A DNA stretch of 63,852 nucleotides from Antechinus flavipes (taxonomy: Eukaryota): contig NC_067400.1 of the NCBI RefSeq assembly GCF_016432865.1, positions 616,652,149 through 616,716,000 on the forward strand, read 5' to 3'. A program made the position numbers and the translations under genes. Below, piece by piece: positions 36,991 through 48,990 of the stretch. How positions within the stretch are numbered: position 1 is the first letter of the stretch; the number at the start of each line of letters is the position of its first letter. The notes beneath the pieces were generated by a model. The model ran no database searches and had not been told where the DNA came from. It worked only from the letters and a program-made list of their open reading frames with translations.

Positions 36991-37803
36991 CCCCCGCCCA
37001 ACAATTCCCCGAGACTCCCAGTATTTGCGCTTCCTCGGACTATCAACTGTCAACCGTCAACTGTCAACCTTCAGCTGTTAACGTCCCGGGGGGAGGGACT
37101 TCGGAAAGAACATGTCACCACCCCCTTTCCACCCCGCTGCGCCCCACTGCTCCCACCCCCTCACTTTCCCGTCTTTCTCCCGGCCTCCATCACGAGCGAA
37201 AAGAGCTTAGCGGCCACATAGTCCCCTCGTTTTCCACGTGGGGAAACTGAGGCATGAAGCATTTTACCCACATTTCCCTCCCCCACCCCAGCCCCAGAAG
37301 GCCATCGTGGCCCAGCCCTTGTGGAGCAAACCATCCAGAAGAATGAAAGGGCTGCCCTGGGTGGATGGAGGTCGTAGAGGGGTCTTCCTGTGGGAAAGGT
37401 CACGTGGCGTGGTGCCAAGGGACCTGAGCTGGGGAGCTGGGAGCCCTGGGTCCAGTCCCCGCGGGGGTCATTCCCTGGTAGCTTTCCCGCCTTCAAAATG
37501 AGGGGTGTGGGCCTAGATGACTTCTAAGGTCCCAAGAGCAGGCACTGCTGCTATCACTTCCATTTCTCAGATGGGGAAACTGAGGTCCAGTGATGGGGGT
37601 GGGGGTGGGGGAGACAAAGGACTGGCTCCAGTGACCCAGGGGAGGATCAGGATTTAGCACGGGGCTGCCCACTCCTAGGGCCACTCCTTTCCCTAAAGGG
37701 AAAGCGGCTGGGCCAAAAGACCCCCATCGTTCCCGGGGCTCACGAGCCAAGGTAGGGGCGGCCCCAAAAAGGGGGGGAGGAGGGAGATTCGAAAAGGAGG
37801 AAC

Positions 37804-37930
37804 TATAAATACAGGAGCCAATCAGACGTCTCAGAGTCCTGGGGGTTGGAGAGGAGGCGTGCCCCCGCTTCCAAAGATACTCCTGTCGCCTCCCCCAGTT
37901 GTTATGACAACGTGCACATTGGCCCCGCCC
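37804..37930. promoter_or_regulatory. Compact TATA / CCAAT / RFX X-box / CCAAT / GC-box cassette
   Basis: TATAAATA 37804-37811, CCAAT 37818-37822, GTTGTTATGACAAC 37898-37911, ATTGG 37918-37922, GGCCCCGCCC 37921-37930. Confidence 0.6.
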
Positions 37931-39429
37931 AGTTCTTAGACTTAAGAGCTTTCTTCTCTTTGGTTAGCGGGGTGGGATGGGTTAAGCAACCCGACTCAAG
38001 AACCTGCTGACCCCGATACTCTGTTCTCCTCGCTCGGAATTCAGAATCGGAACGGGTGGTCTCCTTCGTTTTGCAGATGGGGAAACCGCGGCAAAGAAAA
38101 TCGACTTTAAATTAAAGGACTTTAAATGAATGAAATATTCAGTGTTTACTTATGTGCAAAGCATTGGGGATACAATTAGAAGAGTCCCTCCTTTCAAAGA
38201 GCTACCGTTCTAAGGGGAGAGCTTACACGGAAGCATCCTCCTGCAAGTCAGGTGGAAAGTCCCCTAAGTCCTTAAGAAGTAGCGACAAAGCACATGTTAT
38301 GGCTCTGCATTTCAGCTAATAAAATCCTATCAATTTCTGATTTTGGACCATTTAACACTGGGATGGAAGCATCAGTATTCCCGAGGTTCTTGGATTCAGG
38401 GTTCGGAGCTTTCTCCTTCTGGAGCTGAGAAAATGATGGGCAAGGTAGTGGTGGTGGTGCTGGTGGTCGTAACTTGCTTGACCTCTCTTGTTCACAGAGC
38501 AGTCAAGGACAGGGAGGTCAGGATCGGAACATGAGCCTGGGGCTCTCATACACGAAGCTAATATGTTTAGGGCACTGAGATCCCTTCCGACAGGATGTAG
38601 AGCTGGAGAGACTTTGGAGATGATAGAGCCTACTACCTCATCCATTTTGGAAGTAGGGACATATGAGTTGAGATGGGAACTAATTTACCCAAGATTATAC
38701 CAGATGGTAAATAGTAGAACTGAGATTCAAATACCCAGTTTCTCACTCAGCCATCGTCCTCTTTCTTCCTACAAGCCCTAACATCACTTTCTACAATCAT
38801 AAAGCGCATCCATGTTCTTAAAATTGGACAAATCCTTTCCCCCCGGTTTGGTTCTAAATGAACTAGTCTTTAATTCTCTTGCAGCTCTAAAAATCACATA
38901 CATATTATGTAGGTATTAAAAAAAAAAAAAAAGCAAAAGACGCCAAGTTAGAGACGCCACCCAAATGTTCATAGGTACCGCGTCCGACATGGGGCAGAAT
39001 ATTCCGATCAGCCACAATCCCACACGCTAACTGGACCCTGACGTCGTGATGTCATTTTGGTCCTCTTCTAGACAAAGGACAACCACCGACCGACCAACCA
39101 ATTGAGATGGACAGTCAGGGAGGTGGAAAGTGGTGTGTAAGGTTGGGTCATTGGATTCCAGAGCAGGGGGAGCAAAGCAAGGTGTGATCAGGGAAGTCCG
39201 GGAGCCCTGGATTTTAGGCTCCTGAATACTGAACTGGAAGTGGTTTCGGGAGATCTAGTCAACAGAGTGAATGGAATTTCCCTAGAGCCAGGTCCTGTTC
39301 AGTTTTTGTCTTTTTATATTCAGCACCTGGACTAATGTGCGTGTTTGGCCGCTCGGTGCTTGCGTCTGTAATTGGCGTTGGTCCTTTTTCCTAGTGTGGA
39401 GCTCGAAATCCAAGTCCCAAGCAAGAGAT

Positions 39430-39704
39430 GCTGGTCAAAATGGCGTCCCGGGGACTACAATTCCCGTAGAAGACCGCGGCTCAGCATTTCTGGTTTTCTC
39501 GATAGAGTGGCCTTCTGGGAAATGGAGTCCCTCTCTCCCCTCCGCCCTTCCCGTCCCCTCCGACCCCACGCCGAACTACAACTCCCGACGTGCCTCTCGG
39601 CGGGAACCCGGAAGTGGAGGTAGGAGGGCGAGTGAGTGGAGTGAGTGGAGTGAGTGAGTGGGGGGATCCCCTGGCGCGGAGCGACCTGCAGGCGCCCGGA
39701 GCGG
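39430..39704 (+). promoter_or_regulatory. FBXO46: FBXO46 CpG-island promoter and non-coding first exon
   Basis: YY1-type AAAATGGCG 39437-39445, two ZNF143/THAP11-type ACTACAAnTCCC (39454, 39575), ETS CCGGAAGTG 39608-39616, donor CGG|GTAAGG after 39704. Confidence 0.75.
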
Positions 39705-41499
39705 GTAAGGCTAAGGTGGGAATGGGAGGAGGCGGGCAGGGGTGGCCCACGGGCGGGCGCGGGGCACGTCCCCGAGCGAAGACCGGGCCGGGGGGGCGGG
39801 GCACCTGGGGGGAGGGGAGACAGGTGGGAGGAAGGGGCCTCCTTCCTGCCCCGCGGAGCTCGGGGTCCTGACCCTGGCGGGGTTGTGGGGGGAACACCCC
39901 CTGGGAGACCTGCCTCCCTCCGGCTGGCCGCTCTCCGGCCTCAGTTTCCCTGCCTGTGCAAGGAGGGCCTGATCTCAGTTTCCCCATCCGTAAGAGGAGG
40001 TGTGTTTGTAGAAGTCCAGAGGTCTCTAGATGCCCAGAAACCTCCGTCGCCCCGAAGTCCCAGGGACCATCGGCACTCTGTCCGTGACTCGGGACTAGCC
40101 TGACCGTCAGGATCATTCATCCTTTCGGGGTCCCGCAGGCCCAGGGGACTTCAGGGAGTCACGGATAGCGAGGTATCCGAGCTCGGAGGACCCTTAGAAC
40201 AGGGGATGTCAGAGCTGGGAGGGAGCTTCGAACAACAGATTCAGATCCAGGAGGAGCCTTGGAACGGGGCACTGGGAAGCTTGCAGAGAGCTCAGAGCAG
40301 GGAACAGTCTTAGAACAGCGGATGTCAGGCTGGGAGGGAGCTTAGAACCGGGAATGTTAGCCTGGAAAGAGACTTTGGAACAGGAAAGGGATTTTAGAAC
40401 CTGGAATATCAGCTGAGCAGGATTGTACCCGGAGTGTCAGAGCCGGGAGGGCTCTTGGAGACTGTCTAGGTCAGCCTCTTAATTTTACAGTCGTCCCCAA
40501 AGAGGAGGGCGTGGGGCTGGGGCTGGGCAAAGGGAATCTCATTCCTAGACAAAGAGCTGGGAGCAAGAGGCAGCCCGGCCTGACCCGGCTCCTTATTTCT
40601 GCCGTCAGACCTGGGCATTGTATTTGGGCGGCAGCCTCTCATCTTTCCTGTCCCTAAGGAGCCCCGTCAAGATGCGATCTGGGGACCGAGCAACAAAGGC
40701 GCTCTCGGCCCTCTGTCCGGGGAAGCCGTGGGCAAGGGCCCACCCCCAGCTCTGGGCCCCGGCCTCTGCTCTGTGAGCGCCCAGGGAGAGGAGAACAATC
40801 CTTTTGTTTGACCCCGGTGCGGTCCCACTGGTCTGGCCCTCAGTTTCTTCATCTGTAAAACGAAGACCCGGTAGTCACAGAGGCTGAAGGCTGTACATTG
40901 TAGGCAGCTTCTAATTGCAGGGTTCTCTCTGTAACTCCCGGTTAGCTCATAGTCTGAGGGTGGGTCCCAGGCTGTAGAAGCAGACGGTGAATGCCGGGGA
41001 AACTGACGGGGGCTCCAGCTCCGGGAAAAGGGGAGGGGAGTGTCTCCTGAAGGACTTACCGCTTGACCCAGAGGCCTTTAAGGCTGGGCTAGGGGCTGGG
41101 GAATGGGCCTGAGGCTGGAAAGAGAAGTTAAGCCTTGATTGTAGAAGCCTTGGATGCCAAACCCAGAAGTTAAAAGATAGGGACATTCATTGTACGGGGC
41201 ACATAGTAGGCACTTACATGCGAACTACGTTTGAATAGATTTTGACCTTTATCCTGTGGGCCATGAAAGATAACATCAATAAAATTTCATTTAAAATGAT
41301 AATAACAAACAGCACACACAAAATGTTTCACAGATATTTCCCCATCAGACTCACCATCACTCTCTGACACAGCCCGATATTATTATACCCATTTTAGAGG
41401 TGGGGAAACTGAGGTTCAGAGCTGAAGGGGCTTATCTAGAGCCCAGAGCCAATGTGATACTAGCCTGGACTCCATACCGGGGAAGCTCCTGGGAGAACA

Positions 41500-42450
41500 C
41501 GTTGGAAGTGGGGAGGGAGGTCCTAGCACACCCCTGGCCTGAGCCTGGCATCGGGACCCATTTTAGAGTCATCCGCCAGTCCGTGCCAGAAGTGACATCT
41601 GAACTCGGGGCTCCTCAGACTCTGCCTTTGGGGGCGGTAGCCGGGCGGCCGGGGGTGGAGGGCTGGCGTTCGGGATCCCCGGGGGTAGCCCTGCCGCCAG
41701 TGCTCCACCCCTCCCTCCCGGGGCTTCTCGCCGGGCGCAGACCCCCTGGGGTGAGCTTTGAGAGACCCCGCAGGAGATTGGGGCCTCCAGGTGGGACCCC
41801 CGGTCTCCCCGCCGGGTTTCCCAACTTGACTTTGCTTCCGAGTGTCTGTTTCTGTGCGAACCTGGCACTTTAAATCCCGCTCGGTCCGCGGTGAGGAGGG
41901 GGGTGGAGGTAGGGGCGAGTTCAGGGAGTCTCGATAAGAAATTCCCGCGGAGGACGGGATTCTATCCCCCTCCCTCCGCGCAGGAGAGTGCGGGCTTAGG
42001 AACTGGAGGACGCTCCCTGGCCAGCTCGTGCTCACCTCCCCCTCCCCCAGCATCCCCGCATCCCTCCACCTCCCAGCCCCGCCCCTTCGCCGATGTCCGT
42101 CCATATATGGGCATGGCCCCGAACGGCGGCCTCTCATTGGGCCGTACCGTCATGCGCGAGTCTGTCAACAAAGGGGCGGGGGTGTGTGTGGTGGCGCGGG
42201 CTCCCGGGACAGCTCGACTTTCCACCCTTCCCTCCTTCCCCCCTCCCTCTCGCCTTCCTTTCACTCGCTGGCTGGGCGAGAGCCAGGGCTCCTGGAGAGC
42301 GGGAAGGGGGCGTGGCCTCCCTTCCACTCTTAGCGCATGCGCTCTGACTTTGCACGCTCTGAACCGTAGTTGAGCTGGGCTGCGGACCAGCGGGTCTCCT
42401 GCAGGCAGTGGCGAGGGGTCTGCGTTCGGAGATCCGCGCCCTGAGCCCCC
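41500..42450. promoter_or_regulatory. Intronic CpG island with CArG box, CCAAT, GC box and NRF1 palindrome
   Basis: CCATATATGG 42101-42110, ATTGG 42136-42140, GGGGCGGGG 42173-42181, AGCGCATGCGCT 42332-42343. Confidence 0.65.
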
Positions 42451-44419
42451 CTGTCTGGCTGTGTGACCGTGTACAACTCATTGCCTCTCTGGGACTGTTT
42501 GTTCATTTGTAAACAGAAGGATCGGTCTAGAATTGTTGAGGTTCAGAAAGGAGACCCCAAAAGGTTGGGGTCGCAGACTCTTGTGGAGAGGAGTCGTTTG
42601 AACTCATCTCCAAGTCAAGGGGCGACATTTATTGTAATTGTAACAGCAATTGAAGCAGTTCCAAAAGGATGTAGCAAGGAACCAAGAAAAAGAGGACAGA
42701 TTTCTAGGAGAAAGTTAGACCAGAGCTTAGGTTACTTGTTTGCTAATTTTATGGTTTATAGGTAGGTTGGAGGGTGGTCTCTTCATTATCGTCTCAGGAG
42801 CTTGGTTGTCACCGACCAACAGATTAGCTGACAATCAGTAATGTTTGTAGAACCAGCCGAAGGCCAGAAGACTTTACAATCATTGAGGCGCAGATTGTTA
42901 GAACAATAGCACTCTAAGGTTGAGGGATCTCAGGATAACAGATTCTAAAGCCTGAAGACTTTAGAATCATTGACAGAAGGTTAGAACAGAAGCACTCAGC
43001 TCAGAGAACCTGTTATGTTTCCCTAGAAGCTGTACCCCATCAGAACGACCTCCCCTTGCTCTGCCAAACCTCCAAGCATCTGTCTACAATTAGGGAGGAG
43101 TCTGGGCCTCCTACGTTTATCTGATGCCTAAATTTGGGGGTTGGGAGGCATGTGGGGTGCTCTGAGGAAATGGGACCAGGAAGAAGAGATGTGACCCTCC
43201 AGGTGCTATGGCCATGGGAAGACCCAGCCTGGGGCCGGACAGGCTGGCATTAACCACAGCTCTGCAGGCCGGGTGCTCTCTCCCTCCTCCGTTTCTCCCC
43301 TCCTACTACACAGGAGTAGAATGAAGTTATATCCCATTTCCTTATTGGGGCCCTTTCTAGCTCCAAGAGTCTTGACAAATGCATGCTCTCCCTCTAGTTC
43401 CTTCTGACCAGTGGGCCCTGGCATCCATAGCTGTGGGCAGTGCTGGAAATTCTTGCCGGGTTACTTGAGGAGTGTGCTGGTGCAGCGAGCCAAACTGGGC
43501 TACAGCAGAGGGGGTGGGGGGTGGGAGCGGCAGCCACCGAGGAGACAAAGGGTTCATGATGCAGTGGAAGGGGCCTTGGAGGCAGGATAGCCCTAAGGAT
43601 CCCATTGCTTAGTGACTTGGCCAAAGCAGCCCCTTCCTCTCTAAAAGAAGGGGTGGGGGTGGGGACAAGCTGTACCTCAGGTTTCCTTCCAGCCCCAGTC
43701 TCTGATCCTTGAGCCTGGCCCGTTCTAATGATCCTCCTGGCTTTGGTTCCAGGGATCTCAGACATGGGCAGTACCTGAATTTCCTCTCTAGCATCTCTCT
43801 CCAACCTCTTTCTAATCATCTCTAGGGAGAGGGAAAGCCTTATGTCTCTAATCCAATTATTTATCACATTTAGGGCCAGTTTGGGGTTTTTCCTTTTATC
43901 TGGCCTAAAGCTGCCTCTTTGCAACATACACCCATTGATCCTAGCCTCAGCTGAAGACATCCCTCCCTCCCCCAAGCCCCCAAGCCTTTCTTTCTCCAGC
44001 TCAAACATTCGCAGTTCCTTCAGCTGCCTGGATCATTTGGTCAGCCCCCCAAATTGGGGGCTCCCCACACCGCCCCCAGAAATCCTACAGGAAGAATCAC
44101 TGGGTAAGCCCAAGCATAGAAGGCCAAGGCCAGCTAATAAGCAAGCTTGAAGCCCCTCCCCCAACTCTCGGTGTCATACAATTTCCCCAGCGCCGCTGCT
44201 GCCACTTGCCGGGCTTCTCCGGGGCTCTGGAGTTCTATTTTAGGAGTTCATCCAACTTGGAGACTTTGGAGGCCGTTTCTTAATTTAAAGGGGGAGGGGC
44301 AGGTCCTTTCCACGACGCTAGCAGATCCCTCTGTCTTTCCTCCACAGGTGGCTCTGGGCGCCTCCATCTTCACCCGCCGGGTCTTCAGCATGTGGTGACC
44401 CTCACCTGGCCCAACAGCC

Positions 44420-46312
44420 ATGGACCCCAGCAGCCTCTCTCCAGTCCAGCTGTGGTGCCCTCGGCCCTTCGGTACCTACTCTCAGAATCAGCCCCGCTCA
44501 GCCACCCCCACGGCCCGCAAGCCGCCCCCTCCCCCTGCCTGCCCCGAGCCTGGGAACGGTAGCAGTCTGGGCCCCGCCGATGGGCTGGTCCGATCAGAGA
44601 ATACACCTCCGGCCCCAACGGCCCCCGCTCCCCCCCTGCTTTCCACGGCCCCCGGGGAGGAGGGCCGCGTCCTGCTGGACACCTGGTACGTCATCAAGCC
44701 GGGCAACACCAAGGAGAAGGTGGCCTTTTTTGTGGCCCACCAGTGTGGGGGCGGAGCCAGCCGGGCCAGTGCAGGCAAAGTCAAGGGCCACTGGGGCAGT
44801 GACAGTTCCAAGGCCAAACGGAGGCGGCGCTGCCTCGATTCCACCAAACCTCGGCCCAGCGCTGGGAAACCGCCTGATGTGGTCGGAGAGGAGGACCAGC
44901 AGCTGGCTGCCCCTGCCGAGGCAGCCGCCGGCGCCCCAGAGGACGTGGACCTGCTCTCTGTGGCGGAGATGGTGGCCCTGGTGGAGCAGAGGGCCGCTCT
45001 GGCCCTGCAGAGCTACCCCCGAGCGGGTGCCCCCACCCCTGTGGTATTCGTGTCGGCCGCCGAGCAGGGCGCGCAGGGCCCCGGCGGGGAGCGGCGGCCC
45101 GGCAGCGACTGCAGCCGCGTGGCCGAGGCCGTGGCCCACTTTGAGGCCCGGCGGGATGGGCCGCGTAAGGAGGAGGTGCGCCCGGGGGACGCCGGTCGCA
45201 ACGGAGGCCCCGGAGAAGTGCGCATCGCCTTTCGAATCTCCAGCGGCCGCGAGTCCCGCTCCCCCGAAGGCGGCCAACCGGGGGCGGGTTCCGGCGGCCG
45301 GCCGGGGTGCACTTACGCGGGAGGGCCGGGCCCCAGCAGCCGGGCTCAGGACAAGATCACCTGTGACTTGTACCAGCTCATCAGCCCGTCCCGGGACGCC
45401 CTCCCCAGCAATGTGGACTTCCTGCTGGCCCGGGCGGATGAGGCTGGGGACGGGGAGGCTGCCGGAGCCGGCCGCCCCGAGGGGCCTCCCGAGCGAGCAG
45501 CTGCGGGGGACAAACCCCCCGCCCCTCCCCCACCCCCCGCGGGCGCCCGGGAGTGCGGGGGAGCCGGCGCGGCCGGCTTCCACGTGGACGTGGTGGTCAC
45601 GGGCGTGGTGGACGAGTGCGTGTTCTTCGGCAAGGACGGCGCCAAGACGGTGAAAGAGGAGACGGTGTGTCTGACCGTCAGCCCGGAGGAGCCGCCGCCC
45701 CCGGGCCAGCTCTTCCTGCTGCCGGCCCGAGGGGAGCCGGCGCCCGAGGCGCCCGCCGCCCCGGAGGCTCCGGCGGCCCCCACGCCCGAGGGCAGCGAGT
45801 CCGAGGCGGCCGCCGCCGCCCCTGACGCCTCCCTGTGCCGCCTCTACCACCACGTGTCCCACGACTTCCTGGAGATCCGCTTCAAGATCCAGCGCCTGCT
45901 GGAGCCCCGCCAGTACATGCTGCTGCTGCCCGACCACGTCCTGGTGAAGATCTTCGGCTACCTGCCCACGCGCGCCCTGGCCGCGCTCAAGTGCACCTGC
46001 CACTACTTCAAGTGCGTCATCGAGACGTTCGGCGTGCAGGCCACGGACTCCCGCTGGAGCCGCCACCCGCTCTACCGGGACGACCCCTGCAAGCAGTGCC
46101 GCAAGTGCTACGAGAAGGGCGACGTGTCGCTGTGCCGCTGGCACCCCAAGCCCTACCACCACGACCTGCCCTACGGCCGCTCCTACTGGATGTGCTGCCG
46201 CCGGCCCGACAAGGACACGCCGGGCTGCAGGCTGGGCCTGCACGACAACAACTGGGTGCTGCCCTGCCACACGTTGGCGGGCTCCCGGCCCGGCCGGGAG
46301 GACGCCAGGTGA
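44420..46312 (+). CDS. FBXO46: F-box only protein 46, 630 aa, single coding exon
   Basis: Acceptor after 44347. Motifs LCPRPF-like start, RVLLDTWYVIKPGNTKEKVAFFVAHQCG, DLLSVAEMVALVEQR, F-box LLLPDHVLVKIFGYLP, Cys-rich C-terminus. Confidence 0.97.
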   Translation: MDPSSLSPVQLWCPRPFGTYSQNQPRSATPTARKPPPPPACPEPGNGSSLGPADGLVRSENTPPAPTAPAPPLLSTAPGEEGRVLLDTWYVIKPGNTKEKVAFFVAHQCGGGASRASAGKVKGHWGSDSSKAKRRRRCLDSTKPRPSAGKPPDVVGEEDQQLAAPAEAAAGAPEDVDLLSVAEMVALVEQRAALALQSYPRAGAPTPVVFVSAAEQGAQGPGGERRPGSDCSRVAEAVAHFEARRDGPRKEEVRPGDAGRNGGPGEVRIAFRISSGRESRSPEGGQPGAGSGGRPGCTYAGGPGPSSRAQDKITCDLYQLISPSRDALPSNVDFLLARADEAGDGEAAGAGRPEGPPERAAAGDKPPAPPPPPAGARECGGAGAAGFHVDVVVTGVVDECVFFGKDGAKTVKEETVCLTVSPEEPPPPGQLFLLPARGEPAPEAPAAPEAPAAPTPEGSESEAAAAAPDASLCRLYHHVSHDFLEIRFKIQRLLEPRQYMLLLPDHVLVKIFGYLPTRALAALKCTCHYFKCVIETFGVQATDSRWSRHPLYRDDPCKQCRKCYEKGDVSLCRWHPKPYHHDLPYGRSYWMCCRRPDKDTPGCRLGLHDNNWVLPCHTLAGSRPGREDAR

Positions 46313-47938
46313 AGGGGGGGGAGGGGGAGGGAGCGCCCACCCCCCCCCTCCCAGCCCCTCCCCGACTTCTTTTTGGCTTGCCCTGCTCAACACAAACTAA
46401 AAACTCATCGCGGCCGATCAAACTGGGAATGGAAGAGCCTACCCGAGTGCCCATTGGCTCTTTGTCACTTAAGCTCCACCCCGTCAACTCGAGGTCTTTC
46501 TCCGGCCCCTGAGGGTGTTTTGGGGCCCGGGAATGGAGTGGGGCGTCTCAGAATAATGTGTTGTCTTCATCTCAGCCCCTCCCAGCCCCCTCTCCTTCTC
46601 TGATCTGGACTCCCCAGACGGGGATGATGCTGGGGTGGGAGCCAGGGGCCTGTCCCCTTATCAGTCTCTCCCCACAAGGGCCCTACCAGCAGAGAGTAGC
46701 CTGAGGCTTGGTCCACGCCCCCTCACCCACATCTGTCTATCTCCTCCGGTCCTCATTGTCATTTCTCAGGCCTTTTTCTCTCGATTCTCCTGTCCCTGGT
46801 CCCCTAGACTGCTTGTTACCGTCACTGTCCCTCATGTCGGCTCTACTGGACCTCTAGCTCCTCCCAACCTCCCCAGCGATGTTTCTCTCCAGTCCCTGGA
46901 AGAGACATTAGCACCATTCTCTCCCAGATCTGTCTCATCCATAATCTTTCCCTTGCCTCTTCCTAGGATAGGGAAGAGGGGAAAAAAGTTCTTTTTGAAA
47001 GATTTGAATCCATTTACCCCTCACCACACAATTTAAAGCAAGCCCCAATCCCAAAGCTGTGAATCCTTTCTGAGAGTGGTGGGTACCCTGAATTGGAATT
47101 TTGGGGTTTCCCATTTCTACTCAGAGGAAACTCTGGGGGGCTCTGGTCCTCTCTTTGCTTCCTTGGCTCCCAGAAGAAAAAAAAAAAAAACAGACTCCTG
47201 GGTTTCCTGGGGAAGCCGGGAATCCAATCTGGGACATTCTCAATTTTTTTTGTTTTGTTTCGTGGTGGGTTTTTTTGTTTGTTTGTTTGTTTTTACATCT
47301 TTGTGGTTCTGAATGCTTCTCATGTGTGGCAGTTTGGCCGGTTTGGGAATCGGCCCTTTCTATAAAGCAACTATTTATAAGCCTGGGTCTGGGCTATTCT
47401 GTGTTCAGGGAGTGGGAGGGGGGAGGTGGCCAGAGGCCCACTTTGGCTTGGGAAGATTAACGACAATAACCCACATTTTAACAAACAGAGTCTTAGAATG
47501 TGGAGCTCCAAAGCTTCTATTTCAGATATCTTTTGGTAGAGCTTTTAGTATCCCAGACTAGGAAAATCTCGGAGGCCTCGTCAGGTGTGTCCTCTCCATC
47601 ACAGGGATAGAATCCTGCATTCTGCATGGAGAGATAACAGGGCCGTGGCGCGGGGTCCGGATAATTCCAGGCTTTAACCGCCCAGGCCATCTGCTGCCAA
47701 ACCTAGCTCTTTCCCTTACACAATGGGCCCTGAATTACTGAGTGCATCGGGGACTTTCAGTGATTTATTCATATATGTCCTGAGCACGTGCTGGAGAAAT
47801 GACCTCTGTGCTGGGTTCTGGAGGATAGACTGTGCGGATAAGACACATGTTTGCCCTGGTACTCACAGGCTAGGCCCTGGAGGTAAGATGCCCAAACTGA
47901 TAACTATGTGTCAAAGATTTATTAGAAAGGTATAGACT

Positions 47939-48152
47939 GGGGCAGCTAGGTCAGAAAGGCTCACTTTTCTGAGTGAAAAATCTACTCAGACACATCCTAG
48001 TTGTGCATCCCTGGGCAAGTCACCTCACTCTGTTTGCCTCAGTTTCCTCATGTGTAAAATGAGCTGGAGAAGGAAATAACAAACCACTACCAAGTGCCAA
48101 GATAACCCCAGATGGGATCACAGAGTGGGACGCAACTTAAAAGTCTGAACAA
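47939..48152 (+). mobile_element. MAR1-like CORE-SINE
   Basis: GCCTCAGTTTCCTCATGTGTAAAATGAGCTGGAGAAGGAAAT...TGCCAAGATAACCCCA. Confidence 0.75.
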
Positions 48153-48814
48153 ATTGGATGGCTGTGTACAATCAGCAGATATTTGCTTCAGAGCTGGGAG
48201 GGACCTTGGGAAGGCTTCTGGTCCTTGAGAAGACTTCTGGTCCACTGTCCTTCACTTTACAGATGAGGCTCCCAAGGCTCAGGCCTCAGGAGCAACATTA
48301 GCATTATGGCAGAGCAGAAGGCACTGGACTGAAATTTGAGGTACCTGGCCTCTTCCGCTCAATTCTCCTACATCCCTGTGGGCGAAGAGTACTGACTCTA
48401 TGCCCAAGTTTCTTGTTTCTAACATGAGGGGATTTGAAGGTACCTTTTTGTTTCAAATTCTGCCATCTGTGACTTGTCCAAGGTCATAGAGATGATAAGG
48501 GAGCAGGGCTGAAACTGGAAGGAAGGTCCTTTGACCTTACCATCCTGTGCTGGCACTCCCCAAGGGAAGGTCATTGGTCAGCTAGTGGGATCCGGGAAAA
48601 CTGCACAGAGAACCAGGGATAATTATATAGCATTTGAAGGTAGTGGGGGCTTTACATGAACGGTTCTGACCCTCACAACACCACATGGAATTAGGGGCTA
48701 CAGCTATCTGTTTAAAAAAAAAAAAGAATGGGCTCCAATTAAGATACTTTTCCACGGGCATATTACTAACAAGTATTAAAGACAGGATTGAATTATTCGA
48801 AGAAAAAATAGACA

Positions 48815-48990
48815 GCATAGAATACTAGGCTTGGAATTAAGACACATCTTCATGAGTTCAAATATGACCTCCAGACACTGATTCTGGGTGAATCACGTCA
48901 CCCTGTTTTTCCAGTTTCCTCATCTGTAAAATGAATTGGAGAAGGAAATGGCAAACCATTCCAGTATCTCTGCCAAGAAAACCCCAAATG
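48815..48990 (+). mobile_element. MAR1-like CORE-SINE
   Basis: CATCTGTAAAATGAATTGGAGAAGGAAATGGCAAACCATTCCAGTATCTCTGCCAAGAAAACCCC. Confidence 0.75.

Noticed and set aside
37235-37406. Two CACGTG E-boxes as possible MAX/MGA (PRC1.6) sites for MEIOSIN
   Set aside because: Both sit in MIR-like contexts (GGGGAAACTGAGGCA; AAGGTCAC), so chance derivation is likely without conservation data.
39497-39506. TCTCGATAGA as a BANP/CGCG element
   Set aside because: Two mismatches destroy the CGCG core.
44594-46393. 599-aa ORF antisense to FBXO46
   Set aside because: Shadow of a GC3-rich coding strand (few antisense stops); no recognisable domain.
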